Assembly: GCA_000708835.1 (NCBI GenBank)
Contig: DF237071.1
Location: forward strand, 62,001 to 126,000
Length of the DNA: 64,000 nt
Origin: Klebsormidium nitens
Taxonomy: Eukaryota > Plantae > Klebsormidiophyceae
Direction of reading: 5' to 3'
Shown here: positions 19,201 to 28,518 of the stretch, piece by piece
How positions within the stretch are numbered: position 1 is the first letter of the stretch
Layout: each line of letters starts with the position of its first letter
The notes under the pieces: generated by a model
What the model was told of the DNA's origin: nothing
The model's database searches: none
The model's input: only the letters and a program-made list of their open reading frames with translations
Program-made: the position numbers and the translations under genes

Positions 19201-21299
19201 TGAATTGATCCGGCTCCAAACGGAAAGGTGAAACAACTGTAGAGAGACTTCCAAAGGAACAAGGAAACTTGCACAAAGAAAGGCCGTCTGTCAGGACGTA
19301 GGAAAGGGGGATCAACCAAAGTGAAGCGGCTCCGAACAAACCAGTGAAACAGTTGTTCAGAGACTTCCAAAGAAATAATAATACGGGCACAGAGAAAGGC
19401 CGTCTGTCAGGATTTGTGGGAAAGGGCGATCGCCTGAATTGATGCGGCTCCAAAAACAAACGTTGAAACGGCTCTAAAGGGACTTCGAAGAGAACAAGGA
19501 AACGGGGCACAGAGCAAGGCCGTCTGTCAGGACTTGTGGGAGAGGGCGACTGCCTGAATTCATGCCGCTCCAAACAAGAACGTTAAAACAAGTACTGAGG
19601 GAATTCCAAAGAGAACAAGGAACGTGCACAGAGAAAGGCCGTCTGTCAGGATTTGTAGAACGTTTTTAGGTTTGTCGCTTCAAACGGGAAAGTGACACAG
19701 CTGTTATGACACTTCCAAAGAGAACAAGGAACGAAACAACACCGCCGTTCTTTGAGCTGCGGTACACTGCAGGAAGTAGTCGCTCCTAACCAAACCTGAT
19801 TAAGGAGGCACTCAAATTGAGCAGTGTATCAGTCTGTTGTGTTCGAAGGGTCATTGACCCGTTGCTTAACCCGGCTCAGTTAGGTGTTGGTTTGCATTGC
19901 GACTGCTGAGCTAGGCTGCAAGACACGGTGAGCTTGTTTCTCACCTTCGTCAAAAAAGATTGCTGTGATAGGCCCAAGCGTGGCAAAGTTGCTTGGTGAC
20001 GTCACATCGAGGGCGAAGTCACTCAGACCCGGTGTCGCAGTCTGCTCGATGGACCATGCCCCTTGGTCAAAGCCTGACAAAAGGGAGCTGACGTCAGGTC
20101 TGTCAGGCCACGTCAGCTGATCAAGGTGATGCGCGTTCGAAAGACACAAGCGCAGCGGATCTTCATCCAAGATAACGAGAGACAGTGCGAAACAATGGCT
20201 ACTAAAGATGCGGGTAGTCGTCAGAAAGTTGCACCAGGGGTCCTATGTACTCAGCAATGCGGAAGGTTACTAACCTATCTCGTAGTTGCTGTCGTAGACT
20301 GACGTCAGGTTTCCGTCATACTGCAGGAAGATGGCGTAGCGACCGCTACTGGTGGTAAAGCCAGAAGCGTACGAGTCTGCCAGCTGGAGTGTGTCGTTGA
20401 CTGATCCACTCGCCAGGTCGAGGACTGTCACCTGCAATCAGAATTTTGGTGATGCTGTTTAAAGAGTAGATGAACTTCAGAGCAGAGCGTTGAGCTGAAA
20501 CTTGGCCGGAGGTTCTGCGCGCGCTGCTCGCGGGCACGGACCGCATCGTCCAGGAGATTGATAGCGTGGAGTACGGCCTGACGGACATTCAGAAGTACTA
20601 CGCCAGCACGGGGGCTATGAAGGCCGCCGCCGAGACGCTGCGCGACGGCAAGAAGGTGCGGCCGGCCGGACAGTGATATGGTTAGAATACGCATTGAGTC
20701 AGTTCGAGCCAGCGGCTACTGCCATGGGCAGTGCAAAATTTTGCCTTGATTATGCATTGTTGGATGAGATTTCCAGCTAGTGTTTATGTGTAGCAGGAGT
20801 CTACATGCATGAGAACTGTGAGTTTTACGTGAGGACAGTGTTCCCGGGTTGCAATCCAGGTTGAGGCAGGATTCAAACAAAGCGCAACACCTCTACAGGT
20901 TCAAATTTGAAAAACTAGTTTCACTTTCACGGCGTCGGAGTGTTTCCAAAAACCGCTGATTGAGTCAAATTGCTGAGATTTGACATTTAGCTGAACTAAT
21001 AATATTGCTGAAAGGAAAGTCAAAATCCCGCAACATCACTCATCGTCTTGTGCTTGCGGGCAAGGTCTTTAATGAGACCCATACAAGCCGTCAGGTCTGC
21101 AGCTTACCTGGCCCTGTGTTTCGCCATCAATGACAAGCAGGTAGCCCTGAATGCCTTCAGACGCAGGTCCGCCCAGGGCAAGGCTCGAGTTTGTCGCCTG
21201 CTGAAGAAGGACCCTAGCAACAGTGTTTCGCGGCAAGTAGGTCACAAAGATAAGGCAGACAAGTGCGGGAAGTGCGCGGAGCGCTATCTTCGAAGCCAT
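16210..21299 (-). CDS. Secreted beta-propeller protein, AztD (zinc metallochaperone)-like, 446 aa
   Basis: Exons 21108-21299, 20275-20431, 19945-20073, 18732-18913, 18154-18286, 17550-17762, 16709-16893, 16210-16359. All GT-AG, phases consistent, total 1341 nt. Signal peptide MASKIALRALPALVCLIFVTYL. Ordered motifs match my recollection of AztD: VTVLDLASG, SGRYA, IFFDE-G, QHGFVAP, GVQVYNTDG, CPELHG..FACNGSVLV, PAVQVGLGRLFV, GGAPSS, terminal His. The gene model is more secure than the family name. Confidence 0.8.
18915..19735. repeat. About 7 decayed tandem copies (110-120 bp) in intron 3 of the AztD-like gene
   Basis: Core ACAGAGAAAGGCCGTCTGTCAGG at about 18926, 19036, 19155, 19273, 19389, 19509 and 19628. 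On the gene strand the core reads CCTGACAGACGGCCTTTCTCTGT, i.e. the branch point and pyrimidine tract of the exon-4 acceptor. Confidence 0.9.
20506..20655 (+). pseudogene. Isolated 150-bp fragment of a magnesium chelatase subunit H (ChlH/BchH family) gene, antisense within intron 1 of the AztD-like gene
   Basis: Translates to PEVLRALLAGTDRIVQEIDSVEYGLTDIQKYYASTGAMKAAAETLRDGKK, matching the ChlH-family segment QEIDSVEYGLTDIQEYYA. It is GC3-rich and followed by a donor-like GTGCGG. No other ChlH exons were recognised in the window. Confidence 0.85.
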
Positions 21300-21900
21300 G
21301 GGCACTGCTCTTGCAAAACCCTTACTAGCTCTCCGCCGGAAAGTTTTGGGAGTTGAACCACGAGGGGTTGCAAAGAGATTCCTGGACTTCAAGAATCTGC
21401 TACAAGAATGAGCGGCGCCGGCCGTGCTATATGAAGCCGGGATATGTGCTGTAAGAAATCATACAGAAGACTGGCCCCAAGTTGTCTAAATAGCTTCTTA
21501 TGGACGGCTTCGGAATATTTTAGATTACTCAAAGGCAAACCTGCATAATTACCTTATCAGGAGTCTACCAACTCAAGCAGCGTTTGAGCGTTCGTGGGTC
21601 CGAGGGAAGAGCGGCCGCTGTTACCACGTTCTGAGCGACAAGTGAGTCAGTAATTCGGTTTGTCTGAGTACTCTCGGGTTTGAGTCGAGCCAGGTTTAGA
21701 TACAATCCTGGAACCGGGAGGACGCACCAAACAAAAGTCTTTGTAGATACAAACCTGCTCCGCTCCCATACCACCCTAGCTAACCCCAAAATCCAACCCC
21801 ATCCGCCGACCTCTGGCGTACATCCTCAACCTGGCCGTATCTCAACCGAAGCCTTCGTACTACCGTACTTGCTTCTGCGTCCTTTCACTGCCGCCCTGTG

Positions 21901-21910
21901 ATGTCGACAC
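21901..21910. promoter_or_regulatory. Perfect zinc-deficiency response element (ZDRE) consensus match ATGTCGACAC
   Basis: Matches RTGTCGACAY exactly, about 600 bp upstream of the AztD-like ATG. A partial TGTCGAC core occurs near 21978. Function is untested. Confidence 0.45.
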
Positions 21911-22415
21911 GACCAGTTGCGGGGAATTGACGCTTCTTGATGGAGCGAAGCTGGTGTGGGATCAGGATTCTGGATGTTGTCGACCGTGTGTCCGGCATGC
22001 GACAATCATGTGCACCGGCGCAAGGCGCGACGGTATGATGGTTTGACAAACGCTCCGCACTCGCAGTGAAATGCATTCATGAGTATCATATCGCCTCGTC
22101 TGCGACGCACGCTCACACCATCATATCGCCGCAACTGCAGTGCCGTGAGGATCTACCGTTGCTACGCAAGAAATGTTGTCAGATACGTAGTCCGTACGTC
22201 AGCCGGAAGGCGGGTGGCAATTCGGCACCCACCGTCGAATTACCACACGTGTCCACACGATGTCCGCCGGCCTGCCGGCGGCAGCCGCATTGCCGCGGCA
22301 GGCGTACGGATCGGTAAGTTCTAACTTCACACACCGTTCTTCACGTGCTGACGTATCCGTCGCCGATTCGTCGGTTCAGTCTCGGCGGGTCGGCGAATGT
22401 ACGGTCCGGCTGGGC

Positions 22416-22750
22416 NNNNNNNNNNNNNNNNNNNNNNNNNNNNNNNNNNNNNNNNNNNNNNNNNNNNNNNNNNNNNNNNNNNNNNNNNNNNNNNNNNNNN
22501 NNNNNNNNNNNNNNNNNNNNNNNNNNNNNNNNNNNNNNNNNNNNNNNNNNNNNNNNNNNNNNNNNNNNNNNNNNNNNNNNNNNNNNNNNNNNNNNNNNNN
22601 NNNNNNNNNNNNNNNNNNNNNNNNNNNNNNNNNNNNNNNNNNNNNNNNNNNNNNNNNNNNNNNNNNNNNNNNNNNNNNNNNNNNNNNNNNNNNNNNNNNN
22701 NNNNNNNNNNNNNNNNNNNNNNNNNNNNNNNNNNNNNNNNNNNNNNNNNN
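22416..22750. other. Assembly gap (335 N) with very GC-rich, hairpin-prone flanks
   Basis: Direct observation of the N run. Confidence 0.99.
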
Positions 22751-25171
22751 ATGAGCGTGGTGTCCTCAGATTGTTCATCCTTTGCCCGGCCGATGCGGGC
22801 GTCTTCTTTCCTCGGGGACTCTCGAGTCTCATATTACTCCCCCGCGGCGGCCGCCGACCGGACACGGTCCTCGAACTTCGGAACTGTTCGGCGGCCGCGC
22901 CACGTCGTCTCGTGCGTCTCGCGGCCGGGCGCCCGTCGATCCTCATGTCGCTGGCCCACCAAAGCCCTGTCGGAGCCTCAGCTTCTTGCAAGCACGTATC
23001 TTCCCATCATATATAGCTGCATAGCGCATCTAAGAGCTTACGGCAGGCACTAATGATCGTCCGTAAGCACTTAGTAGGCTGCAGCCGGCCGGGCGCTGTC
23101 ATGGTCCGTGTCGCCTGGCAAGAAGGGCCCAGGACGTACGCACGACTGCTAGTCGTTTTGCAGCTTGGCGTAACTTCACTTCAAAGACTCTTGATCAGCC
23201 CGTTCGGTTTCCTCTACTTTTGCACTGTACTTCACGATTTAGATTGATCGCGAGTTGAGGGGCTGGTTGAGTCGTGGCCGGGTTACGATTTGGACGCAGC
23301 GTCGGGCAGGTTTGCATATTGGCCAGATGCCGGCGCCGGCGCAAACCTTTAAGGCTGAAAAGTTGGCGCCTTCCTCGACGCCCGTGTCCTATCCGCGAGT
23401 CAAATCTCATGTAAGATGATGGGGTATTAAAGAAGCCAGATCAGTTTCTCGTCCTGCCAGTAATCATGCGAAGATTCGTGGACGTGGGGTTGTGAAGAAA
23501 TTTGTGTGATGCTCGTAATCAGCCGGTCGAGAGCAAGAGGCGGGCATGAGTCCTGCAATCAGTACCTGATTCGACGCCTAAATGAGGGACTCGAAACAGA
23601 TTCGTTCGTAGGCGAGTAGAACCTCCAAATGTATCTGCGGATCACGTATGCACGCCCCCTGATTCGGATGAATCTCTTCCGGTCGTGTTGACCGTACAGA
23701 CCAAACGTTCGTAGCTCTGACACTACTAGAGGCTCAAGACGGGCTCTAAAGGAACCCTGATTAGCCGGTAACCTTTGAAGATAATGAACACGCGGCAACA
23801 TGCTGGGACTCTGGTACAAACATCAGCGGATGCAGACTTAGCAGCTTGGGGCTCAAGATGCAGCACTTGCCCTTTTCAAGGACCTTTCGAGCCCTGTTAG
23901 AACCTACGACCAACCATAATAGATCATTGGATCATTTCCACAAATTACCGAATTTATACCATGAAAATGGAGAGCAGAACCTCTCTGACACAACATGCTA
24001 AATGGGTATACTTTCCTTTTTCGATTAAAAAAATTGCAGAATGTGTGAGCCACGGCCGGCTTCTTATGCTTGAAAGTTAGCAGCTACCTTGGAGCGAGCT
24101 GTTTATGAACCTTCACTGGCAGAAAGACGATTCCGCAAAATGGGTAAACGGGCTTCTCAAACGGCCTTGAATGAGCCGGCCATATATGTAGCCTGATCAT
24201 CACACCATGCAAGGGACGTGGAGGCAAACAAAAAAGCCTTGGTCGCAAATGATTACGTCTCCGCCTCAGCTACAAGACGGGCATGTAGCCATTCGTGGGA
24301 GAGTCCCAAACCAGCTTTCTGATATATACTGATACTTGTGACCGAGTACGTCCGAGTCTGTGGATGAGTAGTCGTACGGTCGCGTGAAATTAGCCCGCGA
24401 TAGCTAGTGACCGTGATCAGTAACCATAATTCAAATATAGGAGAGCCTTGCATCAGCTCAGAGCTTCAGAGAGTTTCGACGCCATCAAAGTGGCCGCGCT
24501 TCCGATAAATGAGCACCACACTGGGTCTACATGAAGTTCTTGGACCTGTCCTTGCTCTAAGTAACTACCTAACGTTCTGAGTCAAGTCTTCTTCCTCGAC
24601 ACAAGCCTCTGGGCGTCCTTTGCGAAATCTAATGTCACGGAACCCACCAGAAGGACGCAGCCAAATACTGCACAAAAAAGTAAGATTGATGTCAGTGCTC
24701 CAGCAAACAATCGTACATCAATTCGTAGTTCACTGAAGACCTGTTGTTCACATCAAATAAGAAGGACTTTTCCTATAGAGATTCAGGCACGTCCTCAGGC
24801 ATCACACGTTGCCAATCTCGTTTCACACTTTTCAGAGGAAAACCCTCCGCGTAGACTGCACCTGGGTCGTTCCTTCCCCTACCCTCACGTGAAATAGTGG
24901 AAAATCTGGCCCATAACCCTCGCAGAGCAAAGTTGCTGACGCTCTCGAAGCCCCTTTGAAATCAAAAGGATAGTTCATGCTGAAATTCACTGTAAGACTG
25001 ATCTTGCACTCAACACAAGAGCTTACGGTCCTGCAACAGAAAGCTCAAATGCCTGTTACAGTTTCAGAATGTGAAAGACTGTGCATATATCAAGGTTCTC
25101 GACGCGTCATCATCATCAGCATTGAGCAACATTTATGCATAATCAAGGGAAATCAGCCTTGTGGGCCAGAT

Positions 25172-26946
25172 TCACTCACGAGAAACCCAGAAGATGGCAA
25201 ACGACATAGCGATGCCCCAGTCTTCGTCCAAGCGGGACAGCCAATTTCCTAGGGATGCGTGTGGCGCGCTTGTGTAGCAGTCAATGCACGTCGCTTCGAT
25301 ATCGTCTGCGGAGTATTCCTTCCCCGCGCAAGGGCCCTCCCCGTCGTCAAAGTACCCAATTGTGATGTTGAACTTCCTGAAAGAGCAGCTCAACGCCTCT
25401 GGTTAGAGCAATTTCGCAAATGACTTTCAACGATATAAACACCGCGCGCAGCGTAAGGAAGCGCCTGGAAAGACGTATTCTTGCAAAAAATCTTCTGACG
25501 CAAATCTTCAAAGCCTAAAATGCAGAAGCGTAGAGCAAGGACCAGCGAGATCTCATCGTAGCTGTAGTCCACTTGGCCTGGCCCCTACGAACAATGGGGA
25601 ATGCGGACGGTTGACAGATCAGAGCAGCATAAATTCTGCCAGTTTAAATCGAGAGTTTGTAGGACCGGTGGACCGCAAAGTCACTGTATCCCTCAGGAAG
25701 ACACGAACACATCTAGGCTGCCTGGGAGGTTATCAAATCAACATGTCAGCACTTTACTTCTCTGATTTTCTCTTTTTTGAATTTGACTTGACAGCTGTAC
25801 AACGGAGACTGTAGCAACTGCCTGCCATGTTAACAGGCTCTAAAGGACAGTGATGAGATCACAGGGTGTCTCCTCTCAGCAGGCTCTTGGCAGCGTCAAC
25901 TTACTTGCATACTTTGAACGCTGACGCCATGGGGTAGTAGGTACGGTCTTCGAACGCAGAGAACCAGGCAGCATACGTCTCGTCACAGAAGCAGTTGCGA
26001 GAGGGCATGGGTGACTCCGGGCCGTAGAAGTGGGCCAGACCCTGGCAGCAGTCTTCATCTGGAGCAGGATCATGACGAGAACAGGTCAGAAGCTCAGTAA
26101 TACACTCGGGAAAACTGATCGTCTATTCCTTCAAAAGTGGTAGAAGTCGGTCTGGCAGAATTATTTTGGTAAGGCTACAAGCAGGTTGCGTCGCGTCAAC
26201 ATGGAATCCCAACAATGAGCAGATTCAGAGCTGAGATGTCCCTTCTGTCAAGAAACCTCTACCATGAAAGGGGGTCAACTTGGAGCTAGCAGCCGGATAA
26301 TCCTGCTGCTACTAGTGCATTCACTGGGCTCCAGCTCGGAGCTGCAAACTTGGCCACCTTAGTCCCTATTTGACCAGAAGAGCACAATTTTTACGAATAC
26401 CAGCTCTCTCGTGGCTGCTTCAAGAGTGTGCAATCAGGAAATCTGATTGCTCAATCCGTTTGAATATCGAAAGTATTCTGTACGGTCCGAAGCACATACA
26501 CAAGTTCAGCTTTCAACAGAATAAATGTCTGCTGCCATATGCCCCCCTCCTCATACTGCATCTGCACAGCCGGCGCATAAGTGGTCAAAATAGCTCAAAA
26601 TAACCTGGAATATCTCGGCTTGGCTGTAATCTGGAAGAGATGAGCGGAAAATTGGGCTGGTCTGAAATCAAGAATGTCCAATTTGTGTCTCACCTGGGTC
26701 TTCATAATGGAAGAACTTCCGGCTGCAGCTGCGATAATGGTACGTCAAGCTGTGGAACACCTCTTTCGTGCATGCATCTGCCACGTTGACAGGGGTCTGT
26801 AGAGCTACGGTTGCATTTGCGGCGGCCGGTGCGGCAGCACTGATTTGTGCGGCAGCCAAGCTTGGTAGAATTAGTGCAACAAACACGTATAAGGCTGCCG
26901 ACAGCGCGAAAAGAGAGACGCCCCTGGTTGGGCGTGAGCTAGCCAT
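25172..26946 (-). CDS. Secreted cysteine-rich protein with an eight-cysteine-motif-like pattern (C..C..CC..CFC..C..C), about 203 aa
   Basis: Exons 26694-26946, 25905-26058, 25172-25376; phases 1 and 2 are consistent. Signal peptide MASSRPTRGVSLFALSAALYVFVALILPSLAAA. Cys core DACTKEVFHSLTYHYRSCSRKFFHYEDPDEDCCQGL...NCFCDE...KVCKKFN...GPCAG...TCIDC. Hydrophobic tail WGIAMSFAIFWV. Confidence 0.7.
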
Positions 26947-27108
26947 TGGGACGATACGACTAGGCTCTAGTTGGGTCGGCAAGGCAAATTAGGTTCGAGC
27001 GTCTACAGAGGTGCTTGGGATCCTTCTAGTCCAGCGCCCTTAATCTTGGACCGCCGCATTCTCAGATTAACCATTGATCGTCTCATGTCAGTGATCTCGC
27101 AGCTCTAC

Positions 27109-27415
27109 GTACACTGAAACCAGCTTCTACAGAGCTCCTCGTATTACGGAGTAAGGAATTCCTCTACAAGCGTGGTGGCGAGCTGGCTGGCCAAAGTCCT
27201 GCGACGTAGGTGGAGGCTACCTCTCCGGCACCTTAAAAGCTACCAGGAGCCTCTTACATTGGTCCCACATTGGGTACTTTATCCAGTGAGTACCTTGGTA
27301 CTAGTGTACGTTGCGTACCTATACCTCGTTAGTGTACACGTTTGCGATCGGGTGGCCTGATTGGATCCCGACGTACGGACCCGGTTCTCCTTCCATATTT
27401 ACCAGTCGGTCGTAC
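27109..27415. promoter_or_regulatory. Dense GTAC cluster (candidate copper-response elements) in the 8CM/FRO divergent spacer
   Basis: GTAC at 27109, 27274, 27290, 27298, 27306, 27315, 27334, 27373 and 27412, i.e. 8 within 142 bp. Several more occur between about 27576 and 28310. Confidence 0.45.
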
Positions 27416-27673
27416 GGACGAGTGGGTGGGCCGCGCCCGGCGGGGGGGAGTCGGCGCCGCGGGACTCGAGTCCGGATTCCGGAACTCCGGGTTGTTACCG
27501 GAAGGTCGGTATGTCGATCGGTATGGCCGGCCGGTAAAGTCGGCAGCTGGATTCTAGAAACCTTTGAGGGCCCCGGTACTTTACCACCACGGCCCGGGCC
27601 GACACGGAAGTGCGAGGTCGCCCGGCGTTGCGCCGTGCGGCGCCGAGAAGTTCCTCCGAGTCGACTTTGACCG

Positions 27674-27712
27674 GGCCGGAAAACAGGCCGCCGGGCGGCC
27701 TGTTTTCCGGCC
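27674..27712. repeat. Perfect 39-nt palindrome (19-bp arms, 1-nt spacer)
   Basis: GGCCGGAAAACAGGCCGCC-G-GGCGGCCTGTTTTCCGGCC. Confidence 0.95.
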
Positions 27713-28518
27713 ACCGTATGCAGCCAGATCGAGTGGGCCGACGGCCGAGCTAGGCGCGCCCCAAAGTATGTCACTCTCTAGTGCCCGGCCACCAGGGCTA
27801 TGTAACATGTTTATGTGTACACGTTTGATTTCAACATCTCCGGCACGGCTCCTGGCCAACACAATTTGGGCGTCGACCTACACACTCCGACACATGACCC
27901 TTGTACGTCATCCATTTTCCGTTCACGGACCATGCAATCATTGCAAGCGGCCGATTGTTCGGCGCGTGGCCAACGTGAGATATCGCAGGACGTCCTCATC
28001 TCTATCCGGAAGTACGCATATCTTGTGCAACAAAAATCTGACGCCCAACAATATGCCAGTACTAGGTACCACTAGAAGTGATAGGCTTCTTTCCTACTCT
28101 ATACAATTGTCGTCCAAGGCTTGATTCAAAGAGCTACTATGGCCTACGACAGGCTTCTCCAAACTCGAAAAGCTGAGAACTACCTACACGGGCTACTTGG
28201 TCAATACCGCGACGGAAGTGACAGTAGCTCGACTCTAACCAGCTAAGAACGCATACCTATTTAGGTTTGAAAATTATCAGAAAATTCCTACCACATACCT
28301 ATGCTGCGTACATTGCACTTGCCCGAGCACTTCTCTTGGCAGTCTCCTCGCCGCCCCCACCGCTGGCAGCACCACAAATTAAAGTTTAGTCACAACCTCA
28401 CGTTTATCTAAACAAGCATTTCCAAAAACAGCCACGCGAGAACCTGTCATCTCAGTAGCTCCCTGCGCAGACGTTGGCAGTCCTTATCACCAACGGACGC
28501 GTTCGGCTGGTCCGCAGT

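Noticed and set aside
18892-19573. Overlapping F/P/R-rich ORFs and a CRISPR-like look
   Set aside because: Products of a decayed intronic tandem repeat. The whole unit is repeated, there are no unique spacers, and there are no cas genes in this eukaryotic context.
22260-23016. Long ORFs of 164-223 aa
   Set aside because: Artefacts spanning the 335-N gap.
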